From assembly GCA_013287965.1 (NCBI GenBank), contig JABDCU010000001.1, positions 5,910-69,909 on the forward strand: DNA of 64,000 nt, in the 5' to 3' direction. Below, piece after piece: positions 7,501 through 13,181 of this stretch; position 1 is the stretch's first letter, and each line of letters starts with the position of its first letter. The DNA is from Candidatus Omnitrophota bacterium. Its GTDB lineage: Bacteria; Omnitrophota; Gorgyraeia; Zapsychrales; Fredricksoniimonadaceae. The position numbers were made by a program, and so were the translations under genes. The notes under the pieces are model-generated. The model ran no database searches, was not told the origin of the DNA, and saw only the letters and a program-made list of their open reading frames with translations.

Positions 7501-9357
7501 GTTATTCAGGTTAATATTGTTGCCGATCTGCCACTTAAAATGAGTGCTGGACGTATCGTCATAAATCATTCTTCCGCCGCCGCCGTTGGAAATATGTAAA
7601 GGGGCCTGCGGGGTAAGGGTGCCGATGCCAACGTTGCCGTTGCTGTCAATGGTCATTCGGACGGCATTATTAGTGGCCAGCTGTAACGGATTCGAACTTG
7701 TTTGAAATCCAATAATGCTTGCGTAAGGTAAGTCTCCAGTAATAAAACCTCCACCGGCACTGCTTTCTACCCCCAAGACCAATGTTCCACCGGTGTTTGT
7801 TTCCTGTATCCCGACACGATTGGTCCCTGTCATTGATCTCATGGCAAAATCACCTTCAGCCGCTCTGAAGTCTATAGGATACTGCGTCGTCCAGGTACCA
7901 ATGCCCACGTTACCGTTGGTCACCACGAAGCCGGCCTGCGGAGTTGAGGTGCCGATACCGATGTTATTGCTTCCCGTCGTTGAATACACAAGTCCTGTGC
8001 CCGTGGTCCATCCGCTTAAGCCCCCTGCTGTTGACCAGGTCACGTCGCCGGTACTGTCGGTTGCTGTCAGCACATAGCCAGGAGCCGCACCCTGCCCGCT
8101 CACCGCCAAGCCCGTTGAACGCACCGTGCCTTGCACGTCGAGCTCTTGGCCAGGGGCATTGGAGCCAATACCAACGTTGCCCGGCAGGACGATCAGCGAT
8201 CCGCCAGGTGTCGTGGTGCCGATGCCCACGTTGCCGGACGAATCTATTCTCAATCTTTCATTAGAATTGGTGCTGAAAGCCAAAGTATGCGAAGCAGGAC
8301 GGAACATCCCGTTATTTGTATCGCCACCAAAAGTGAATATGGGAGCACCCGCCGTCCCGCCGCCATTACTGCCCGCGATAACACGGTTCCATATACTCGC
8401 ATCTGTTGAGAAAACGAAATTACCTTGGTCAAAAGAACCTCCTCCATAAACCTGTAACGCGTATCCCGGCGCCCAGGTGCCGATGCCCACGTTACCGTTG
8501 GTCACGACAAGACCACCTTGCGGGGTCGTGGTACCGATGCCGACATTGCCGGCAAAACTGCTTGCATTAGTACCTACCGAGATACTTCTCCATCGCAATG
8601 GCGTCGCTGTATTACCTAAATCGTAAACATTATCGCTCGATGGATAAAACGGATCGGCGGAACGCACGGAACTAAAACCCCCGCCGAGCCGTAATAAACC
8701 TGACCCTAGATCATCCACGGCAACTTGGTTATTAAGAAGCATCTGTGGGCCAAAATTTACGCTGCCGTTCACATCAAGTATCTTGCCTGGCGCCCACGTG
8801 CCGATGCCTACATTGCCGTTGGTTACAACAAACCCACCCTGCGGAGTTGATGTGCCGATGCCGATATTGTTGCTTCCCGTCGTGGAATAGACAAGGCCGG
8901 TGCCTGTGGTCCATCCGCTTAAGCCCCCTGCTGTTGACCAGGTCACGTCCCCGGTGCTGTCGGTCGCTGTCAGCACATAGCCGGGAGCCGCTCCCTGACC
9001 GCTCACTGCTAAGCCCGTTGAGCGGATAGTGCCTTGCACGTCGAGCGTCTGGCCGGGTGTCGCGGAGCCGATGCCCACGTTCATATGAACGCTGGTGTTA
9101 AAAGGCATGAATGAGGCGGACGCGGGCAAGGCAAACGCAAGGCAAAGCAAACCAGCGATGATCAAGCTCATTAATTTTGGTTTTGCCGCCCACTTCTTGC
9201 GGTCTTCCTCTATTAATTCCCTTAAGATCGTGACAAAAGACGGATCTTCCCCCCTCATTTTTCGCTCGAGGGCCTTGATCTTCAAGTACTGGTATTGGTC
9301 CCGTGTGAGATCAATAGAAGTCTTGATCATCCGCTCTGTGGGTTTGTTCTTTGGCAT
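1318..9357 (-). CDS. Giant (2679-codon ORF) secreted repetitive fibre or adhesin-like protein with NVGIGT-type tail-fibre-like beta-helix repeats. The mature fibre gene probably starts at the internal Met near 9171 (MSLIIAGLLCLAFALPASA signal peptide). The first 62 codons are an RHH-like module.
   Basis: Tens of repeats have consensus GNVGIGT(T/S)(T/A)P...(K)LDV(Q/N)G. Composition is strongly G/T/S/N-rich. An internal Sec signal peptide is followed by the SFMPFNTSVHMNVGIGSATPGQ motif, also found in the paralog at 1-376. There are four near-identical 90-aa blocks (KLDVQGTVRSTGLAVSGQGAAPGYVLTATDSTGDVTWSTAGGLSGWTTGTGLVYSTTGSNNIGIGTSTPQGG). A C-terminal Cys-rich module ends NCCK. Confidence 0.85.
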   Translation of the reverse strand: MPKNKPTERMIKTSIDLTRDQYQYLKIKALERKMRGEDPSFVTILRELIEEDRKKWAAKPKLMSLIIAGLLCLAFALPASASFMPFNTSVHMNVGIGSATPGQTLDVQGTIRSTGLAVSGQGAAPGYVLTATDSTGDVTWSTAGGLSGWTTGTGLVYSTTGSNNIGIGTSTPQGGFVVTNGNVGIGTWAPGKILDVNGSVNFGPQMLLNNQVAVDDLGSGLLRLGGGFSSVRSADPFYPSSDNVYDLGNTATPLRWRSISVGTNASSFAGNVGIGTTTPQGGLVVTNGNVGIGTWAPGYALQVYGGGSFDQGNFVFSTDASIWNRVIAGSNGGGTAGAPIFTFGGDTNNGMFRPASHTLAFSTNSNERLRIDSSGNVGIGTTTPGGSLIVLPGNVGIGSNAPGQELDVQGTVRSTGLAVSGQGAAPGYVLTATDSTGDVTWSTAGGLSGWTTGTGLVYSTTGSNNIGIGTSTPQAGFVVTNGNVGIGTWTTQYPIDFRAAEGDFAMRSMTGTNRVGIQETNTGGTLVLGVESSAGGGFITGDLPYASIIGFQTSSNPLQLATNNAVRMTIDSNGNVGIGTLTPQAPLHISNGGGGRMIYDDTSSTHFKWQIGNNINLNNAFEITPSTVTAGLTFSSPAIVIRGGDSNVGIGNGGTIPLNKLDVNGSVGIGAYAGLNTAPSSGLIVSGSVGLGTFNPQYPLQVSGNTAIGDFTNTGNAYDLKVQGSNDGVSLGVTVYGRAGITNLGTDAYGRLGYSGFVGSSGFGVFPNGAGGIQALTVLTGGNVGIGSTAPGQKLDVQGTVRSTGLAVSGQGAAPGYVLTATDSTGDVTWSTAGGLSGWTTGTGIVYSTTGSNNIGIGTSTPQGGLVVTNGNVGIGTWAPSAALVVQGGNIILSSANSFQWGSSGVASPDAYLFRDGGNSVAVRSNSTTTFSVYKTYTDASNYERLVTGTSGGNLMINSDAAGTGTVRSLVLQTGGSSALAIDTAQNVGIGYTSGLSGKLVVNGNVGIGTAVPGQLLDIKNNGDAYIRVHAQSGNDAILQLEAENAGGADTGIQFGDATTMNKGKIAYSINNGAPDDNAMEFYTNSTRAMTISSGQNVGIGTNTPQGGFVVTNGNVGIGTWAPGGQLHLVGSNNTLITDGLTRLALVFRVAGSDIGYGGSGNYTFTNGSSTDFGFTTAGATSLLLGTNNAERMRIDNTGNVGIGTTSPTGAKLTVFGDTWMDSTGSTDRTLYFRNQSTVGTVESDQALRFSAGVGGSPTEAMRIAATSLNVGVGTVTPAATLEVQHLVGGLPANSGTTQTYGLLRLRGRDGGVLDFGNYYSTGAYWLQATGYSDLSATYNILLNPNGGNVGIGTTNPGRTLDVDASSTAGLYYPIRIAASNATTGNGAGILFSEDSFDANRGKGAITYTTTGSFNRGEFDFLQNSTADTSNPTLSNSVMTILNTGNVGIGSTAPGQKLDVQGVVRSTGLAVSGQGAAPGYVLTATDSTGDVTWSTAGGLSGWTTGTGLVYSTTGSNNIGIGTSTPQGGLIVTNGNVGIGTWAPATVLQVKESFAGNLRFDVSNMNAGTTGIAEVSARNDQSDQSALYSYASGYSGTLYGLNRARLSEVRLDGSGGGMVDTGSGSGNIYFGTVGGSPDMTIASGNVGIGTTVPGAALDIVPAVYTLSGNSATHYFNYFEQPTVQTTGTGYTLTTAATLDLEPSFRSGNGTITNNMILRLGNSVTGGVGTNYALASDSTGVSYFSGNVGIGTTLPISKLNITGTTNGSTPYITFTSAFATASYLGVSTQNNDIVTHDVLGDEVIDSGNNFLLTTGGNNLRMYIPSTGNIGIGSIAPGATLDVQGNIRASGTITGTVSASGWTLSGSNTTTNDNVGIGTTTPQGGLVVTNGNIGIGTWAPTYDIDMEKSVPGSGMIFLMKNISNTSGSYAALQLTTGGASAYNPVVVWSVPGQQNWSAGIDNADSHKFKIGTNADIPSAPKLTIQTDGDVGIGQTAPLAKLSLVGGSTLRFGNDGDSGDNTIYLRGGTTGDKSVIDLNNYGYKDWFISSGGAGNGKFSITGTSGGAGSDGIVMDTSDNVGIGSAAPSSKLYVYNDANNGFILEGSTSAVRMAKITSTSTDTGLTLSNTSAAGRAFTLFSNGTGSGIGSGLFTIYDETASAARLAINASGNVGIGTTVPTINGGGLEIARNGQSAVRVTDTSGSKAEFGVDTTGGFIQTMDSGDNFRVYTGNETEAMRITSAGNVGIGSAAPDKKLTVDIGSTTSSGINVRGSSSPTIFVTSTGTPVTATLGADDSAGYLSTATNHPLVLRTNNTEYMRITTAGNVGIGTAAPGALLQVAAASNTAAVRVQRNATNIWGEIRQWGDGTYNGLSVQANDQNAGNPVIVFKTATDGSTYTERMRIDQNGNVGIGTTSAYTQGGTTGLFNVNGDSVLNGRVNIFGSLGQLQLADRTTSTNLWTQYVSGNNLLFDYSGTKMAITSGGNLGIGTTAPTRIFEIASSAGAAATVPGILLTDTVGNANSRRWQISDGLSAYGSMDFQVSSSATALPSSVKMSIDLNGNVGIGTTTPQGAFVVTNGNVGIGTWAPAGALDMGSQKIVNLATPTASTDAATKGYVDAAAATPTNWTCTIRSGNTSASCSAGEVMITWSCYVLNGTTFGDAQMSGQGITCNSAAYTAYVNCCK
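4733..5030. repeat. Intragenic 270-300 bp repeat unit, copy 4.
   Basis: See copy 1. It encodes the fourth KLDVQGVVRSTGLAVSGQGAAPGYVLTATDSTGDVTWSTAGGLSGWTTGTGLVYSTTGSNNIGIGTSTPQGG block. Confidence 0.8.
6718..7018. repeat. Intragenic 270-300 bp repeat unit, copy 3.
   Basis: See copy 1. It is marked by the antisense ORF 6824..7114 with VVHPLKPPAVDHVTSPVLSVAVSTYPGAAPWPLTANPVERTVPCTSS. Confidence 0.8.
7884..8180. repeat. Intragenic 270-300 bp repeat unit, copy 2.
   Basis: See copy 1. It is marked by the antisense ORF 7793..8077 with VVHPLKPPAVDQVTSPVLSVAVST. Confidence 0.8.
8790..9085. repeat. Intragenic 270-300 bp repeat unit, copy 1 of 4 in the fibre gene. A fifth copy is in the paralog at 1-265.
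   Basis: Near-identical DNA gcccacgtgccgatgcc...ccgcttaagcc...gttgaccaggtcacgtccccggtgctgtc... is shared among 8790-9085, 7884-8180, 6718-7018, 4733-5030 and 1-265. Confidence 0.8.
9172..9357 (-). other. RHH-like small-protein module copy A (62 codons). It is in frame with the fibre gene and not separated from it by a stop codon.
   Basis: MPKNKPTERMIKTSIDLTRDQYQYLKIKALERKMRGEDPSFVTILRELIEEDRKKW, then AAKPKL, then the fibre signal peptide. It is about 85 percent nt identical to 9367-9552. Confidence 0.45.
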
Positions 9358-9366
9358 TTTGTTACG

Positions 9367-9552
9367 TTACTTTTGTTTTTCTTTCCATTTTTTACGGTCT
9401 TCTTCTATTAATTCCCTAAGAATAGTGACAAAAGACGGGTCCTCCCCGCGCATTTTCCGCTCGAGGGCCTTGATCTTGAGATACTGGTATTGATCGCTGG
9501 TCAGATCAATAGAAGTTTTGATCATCCGTTCTGTGGGTTTATTTTTTGCCAT
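9367..9552 (-). CDS. Small (61 aa) putative ribbon-helix-helix / CopG-like DNA-binding protein, copy B of a tandem duplicate.
   Basis: MAKNKPTERMIKTSIDLTSDQYQYLKIKALERKMRGEDPSFVTILRELIEEDRKKWKEKQK. It has a beta-strand (RMIKTSIDL), helix (DQYQYLKIKALERKM), helix (SFVTILRELIEE) pattern typical of an RHH fold. It has its own stop codon and lies upstream of the fibre gene. Confidence 0.6.
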   Translation of the reverse strand: MAKNKPTERMIKTSIDLTSDQYQYLKIKALERKMRGEDPSFVTILRELIEEDRKKWKEKQK

Positions 9553-9740
9553 GAATGTAAAGACAGTGACTTGATTTTTATATAATTATTGCATTATTTC
9601 AAACTACAATTATCTAACAATATAATTATATAAAAAAAAATTCAGAAAGCTACACAATCTAAGGATTTCTTAAAGTAGTGAGATTTTCGTGTTTAGGGGA
9701 GTTTTAAGCAGAAACCTGACAATGGGTATTTATCCGTATT
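9553..9740 (-). promoter_or_regulatory. AT-rich upstream region of the RHH-fibre operon containing a perfect palindrome TATAATTATA (about 9621-9630) and a near copy (about 9581-9590). It is a candidate promoter or RHH operator.
   Basis: The low-GC, AT-rich 190-bp gap lies immediately 5' of the first gene of the minus-strand cluster. The palindromic decamer is repeated about 40 bp apart. No confident -35/-10 assignment was possible. Confidence 0.3.
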
Positions 9741-9759
9741 GAAGATAATGAATACTTGT

Positions 9760-9978
9760 CTAGACTTGCTGAATGTGAACCATGCCAGGAACATGGTTCA
9801 AAAACAACTCTTTAAGGTCGAGCTTTATACTAGCATTGTCAATGTCGATCCCGACGATTTCACCGTCTTTGTCGTAATCAAGATTGACACCGGAAGATAT
9901 TTCCCGCGTCTCAGTGCTGGCTCTTGAGGATAGATCGATATAAAGCGAGTCTGTGTCTGAATAATAATTAATTTTCAT
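9760..9978 (-). CDS. DUF2283 family small protein.
   Basis: MKINYYSDTDSLYIDLS....LDYDKDGEIVGIDIDNAS matches the characteristic YDxEaDaLYI ... DyDedGnlvGIEIlnAS pattern of DUF2283. Confidence 0.7.
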   Translation of the reverse strand: MKINYYSDTDSLYIDLSSRASTETREISSGVNLDYDKDGEIVGIDIDNASIKLDLKELFLNHVPGMVHIQQV

Positions 9979-10168
9979 AGTTTAAACCCCCTGTCAAAAA
10001 AGGCATTATGTATCGTTGTCTTGTCATTAAGCGTCACGACCCGTAAAAACTTGTCCGACGTCTGGGATATTTTGCCCCAAAAGCGATAACGATTATCGTC
10101 CTGCATTTCGGCACGCAACGGGTTGAAGGAAAGTCGAAGATTTCTAAATCAAACATTCCCTTCCCTTT

Positions 10169-11347
10169 TTAATGTTCCCTTGAAATCGAACTTTCCGAAT
10201 GCAGGGAACAATAAGTCTCCAAAGCTTTACGCCAGGGAAGAACAACAACATCATTCTTTAATTTACGGGAACTGGTTTCTCTGAGAGACGCTATATAAAG
10301 CTTAACTTTAGGAAATCTTTTACGGAAAGCCATTACTGCGGCCTCAGATATGGTCTCTGAAGATGTTTTACATTCAAATGCCATCAACGGCCCCTTAGGG
10401 CCGGTGACCAACAGATCAACTTCCTGCTTGCCTTCTCTCCAAAAAGAAATTTCATCGGGTTTTTCATAGTAATCCCGCAGCCATCTTAATTCATTATAAA
10501 AAAATGTTTCAAATAAATGCCCTTTTTCCTGCGGTGTCGGCGGATCGACCAAACGGTTTTGCAACGCACGAACGACCCCGCAATCAAAAAAATAAAACTT
10601 GGGACGGGCTTTTTTACGTTCACTCCGGTCCCATGGCCATAAAAACGATCCCAAAAGAGTATCTTCCAGGATAGAAAAATATTCTTTGACCGTGCTCATG
10701 GGTACCGCGGAATCACGGGCAATAGACGAAAACTCTATTGTCTCCCCATTCATTTGCGCTGCTACATTTAAAAACCTTTGGAAAGCGCCGATATTACGGG
10801 TCAACGCTTCAGCCTGGACCTCTTCTTTAATATAAACCGTACCATAAGTTTTTAAACGGCGTCGAACGTCCTCTTCTTTGTCCTCTAAAAGAAAAGAGAC
10901 TATGAGCGGTAATGTCCCATAAGATAATGCCTTATCAATATCGAAATCACGGCCGATTTCTATGCTGGTCAAAGGATGCAGCCTCAAGTCAAGGGCCCTG
11001 CCTCCTAAAAGATTGGCGCTTCCACGCCGCAATTTTCTGGCACTTGAGCCGGAAAGGATAAATCTTAATTTTAATTCTTCAATCCCCTTCTGAACATAAT
11101 CTAAAAGCACGGGAACACGCTGAATTTCATCCACAATGACCAGTTGACCGCTCTTTAAAACCCTTAATTGTTCCCAAAATTCTTTTGGTGAGCGTTTAAA
11201 CTTAAGTTCTTCTTCAGGATCTAAAAGGTCAACGAATAGATCTGCCTTTAGACGGCGCAATAAATAGGTCTTTCCCGTCATGCGCGGCCCAAACAAAAAA
11301 AACGAACCTGAAATATGCTCTAACTTTAATAATCGCTGAAAGTCCAT
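10169..11347 (-). CDS. AAA+ ATPase of the AAA_14 / DUF4143 family.
   Basis: A Walker A-like FLFGPRMTGKTYLL, Walker B LVIVDEIQRV, and a C-terminal DUF4143-like region. Confidence 0.75.
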   Translation of the reverse strand: MDFQRLLKLEHISGSFFLFGPRMTGKTYLLRRLKADLFVDLLDPEEELKFKRSPKEFWEQLRVLKSGQLVIVDEIQRVPVLLDYVQKGIEELKLRFILSGSSARKLRRGSANLLGGRALDLRLHPLTSIEIGRDFDIDKALSYGTLPLIVSFLLEDKEEDVRRRLKTYGTVYIKEEVQAEALTRNIGAFQRFLNVAAQMNGETIEFSSIARDSAVPMSTVKEYFSILEDTLLGSFLWPWDRSERKKARPKFYFFDCGVVRALQNRLVDPPTPQEKGHLFETFFYNELRWLRDYYEKPDEISFWREGKQEVDLLVTGPKGPLMAFECKTSSETISEAAVMAFRKRFPKVKLYIASLRETSSRKLKNDVVVLPWRKALETYCSLHSESSISREH

Positions 11348-11414
11348 GTTTAAAGAATAACATATTTATGTTATTTGTCAATATTAAATAACATATTGTT
11401 GTTATATGCCTTAA

Positions 11415-13181
11415 TTACTGGTGGCGGCCGTTTGCTAAACGGCAGAGTTTTATGTCCCTGGCGGCTTCGGGGTTTAACGGGTCTATGCTCAAGACCTGCT
11501 GAAAATCTTTGAGGGCCTCCTGCGCGCGGCCTGCTTGCATCCACAACATCCCCCGCTCCATATACGCATCCTCAAATTGCGGCTCAAGCGCGATCGCGCG
11601 CCCCAGGTCATCCAGGGCTTCCTTATAATTATGCTGGGTTTGGTATACCCACGCCCTTTTCACATAGGTTGAAAAATAATTGGGGTCCATGGCGATCGAC
11701 TTATTTAGGTCTTCCAGGGCTTGGGCGGTCCGGCCTTGCTGGCCATAAATGATCCCGCGGTTCTCATAGGTAATATTATTAGGGCTGATGGCAATGGCAC
11801 GGCTTAAATAATAAATAGACGCGTCTAGCCGCCCTAAAGAGCCATACACCCTTCCCAAACTCGCGTTCACACGGGCCTTGCCCGGCGACTCCTTGATATT
11901 GTTTTCCCAAAGCGCTAACTCATTGGCCCAGACTTTATTGCGCTGAAAACTCATAAAGGCCAAAACAAAGACCAGGCAGTATAAAAAAAACCGGGACACA
12001 TTGACTTTTTGTATACCCAAAAAGTCAATGTGTCCCGGTTTTTTCCACACCAAAACGGACAAGGCAGACACGAAGGCCAAAATGAAGCCAAATGAGATGA
12101 GATACAATTTATGCTCAAAGATCACATTGAATCGGGGCACTAAATTGACAGAAAATGTGATCAGCATCCATGCCAAGCCAAACGCTATTAAAGGAAAGCT
12201 GCGGCGCAGCTTGATGATCAGGAAAATAAACCCCAAGATCACGCCTAATCCTGCCAAGGTCAACGGCGGATGGAGAAAACCGGTTGAGGCCGGATAATCG
12301 TAATCCACATTTTGATGGATGGGCAAGACCAAAAGGCGAAGGAAGGTCAAAAAAACCCTCATCTGGGTCAACACATAATGCGCCGTGGTAAAGACATCCC
12401 CATCGTGAGATTCAGAAGGGATTGTTTTTGAAAAATCAACCAACTGTAAATGCAGCATTTTTGAGAACAACAGGCACAATAAAAATCCGGCGGCGAGAAT
12501 TGTTAAATAATGTTTGTTATGGATTCCCGCCTTCGCGGGAATGACAGTGTTTAATAATATCCATTCGCAAGCCAGGACCATCACCGGCACAGTCATGATC
12601 ACTTCCTTGGTTAAAACCCCTAAAATGGTTGCGAGCCCTGCCAGCCCAAATAATGCCATTTGGTGTGTCTTGACCGTTGACAGGCGCGCGCGCAGATAAA
12701 AATATATTGTCCCGAAATAAAACACAGCGGCCATGGATTCAAAACGCTGGGTGATATAGGTCACGGCCTGGGTTTGGCATGGATGGACCAAAAAAAGGAG
12801 AGCGATTATGAAAGGAAGATCTTTGTGGATTCCCGCTTGCGCAGGAATGACAGTGCGCGCAGTGATCTTAAAAAGCAAGTCTGCCAGGGCCCACACTAAT
12901 CCCGTTGCGATAAGATGCACGATAAAATTAAAAATGTGATATCCCCGGGCATCAAGCTGGTTGAAATAATAATTTAACGCGAAGGAATACATGCCCACCA
13001 GACGGGTCAAGGGAAAGGTATGCCACATCATATGGAAATTGCTGAAATTCTTGATAAAAGGATTGGCAACGATGAAGAGATTGTCGTCAAAAACAAAACC
13101 GAATCGGAAGGTCTGGCCGTAGACCAAAAGTCCCAGCAGGATGAGGGCCAAGCAGCGTAAGAATATTTTATTGATGCGCAT
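11415..13181 (-). CDS. Polytopic membrane protein (TMTC / PMT_2-like N-terminal domain with FVFDD motif) with C-terminal TPR repeats. It carries three in-frame palindromic element insertions.
   Basis: About 10 predicted TM helices, then 4-5 TPR repeats (GRVYGSLGRLDASIYYLSRAIAISP...). The REP-1-derived peptides TVIPAQAGIHKD and TVIPAKAGIHNK and the REP-2-derived KKPGHIDFLGIQKVNVSRFF are visible in the translation. Confidence 0.7.
   Translation of the reverse strand: MRINKIFLRCLALILLGLLVYGQTFRFGFVFDDNLFIVANPFIKNFSNFHMMWHTFPLTRLVGMYSFALNYYFNQLDARGYHIFNFIVHLIATGLVWALADLLFKITARTVIPAQAGIHKDLPFIIALLFLVHPCQTQAVTYITQRFESMAAVFYFGTIYFYLRARLSTVKTHQMALFGLAGLATILGVLTKEVIMTVPVMVLACEWILLNTVIPAKAGIHNKHYLTILAAGFLLCLLFSKMLHLQLVDFSKTIPSESHDGDVFTTAHYVLTQMRVFLTFLRLLVLPIHQNVDYDYPASTGFLHPPLTLAGLGVILGFIFLIIKLRRSFPLIAFGLAWMLITFSVNLVPRFNVIFEHKLYLISFGFILAFVSALSVLVWKKPGHIDFLGIQKVNVSRFFLYCLVFVLAFMSFQRNKVWANELALWENNIKESPGKARVNASLGRVYGSLGRLDASIYYLSRAIAISPNNITYENRGIIYGQQGRTAQALEDLNKSIAMDPNYFSTYVKRAWVYQTQHNYKEALDDLGRAIALEPQFEDAYMERGMLWMQAGRAQEALKDFQQVLSIDPLNPEAARDIKLCRLANGRHQ
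11983..12046. repeat. REP-2 hairpin element copy A, located inside ORF 11415..13181 at the TM/TPR domain junction and read through in frame.
   Basis: aaaaaaaaccgggacacattgactttttgtatacccaaaaagtcaatgtgtcccggtttttt. Translated as KKPGHIDFLGIQKVNVSRFF. Confidence 0.8.
12519..12549. repeat. REP-1 palindromic element copy (tggattcccgcCttcgcgggaatgacag consensus).
   Basis: Seen directly. Other copies are at about 12826-12855, 14211-14240, 23529-23557, 52749-52778, 54790-54818 (degenerate) and 55596-55625. Confidence 0.85.
12826..12855. repeat. REP-1 element copy.
   Basis: tggattcccgcttgcgcaggaatgacagtg. Confidence 0.8.

Larger units (their letters stand above)
9172..9552. repeat. Tandem direct duplication (2 x roughly 186 bp, 9-bp spacer) of the RHH-like gene.
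   Basis: Nucleotide alignment of 9172-9357 with 9367-9552 shows the same length and mostly synonymous differences. The antisense ORF 9095..9493 shows the duplication as repeated peptide FHFLRSSSINSL(K/R)IVTKDGSSP. Confidence 0.85.

Noticed and set aside
3593-8449. Numerous plus-strand ORFs (e.g. 3593..4054, 6824..7114, 7793..8077, 8126..8449, 5974..6261) rich in P/V/T with the recurring peptide VHPLKPPAVDQVTSPVLSVAV.
   Set aside because: They are antisense reading frames through the repeat units of the giant minus-strand fibre gene. Their recurrence simply mirrors the DNA repeats, and they have no independent start or context support.
9095-9493. Plus-strand ORF with the internal repeat FHFLRSSSINSL(K/R)IVTKDGSSP.
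   Set aside because: It is antisense to the tandemly duplicated RHH-like genes, and the repeat reflects that duplication.
1-9552. CRISPR array, suggested by the many regularly recurring repeats.
   Set aside because: The repeats are 270-300 bp coding units and short coding motifs (NVGIGT) inside one continuous ORF. They are not 25-40 bp direct repeats separated by unique spacers, and there are no cas genes.
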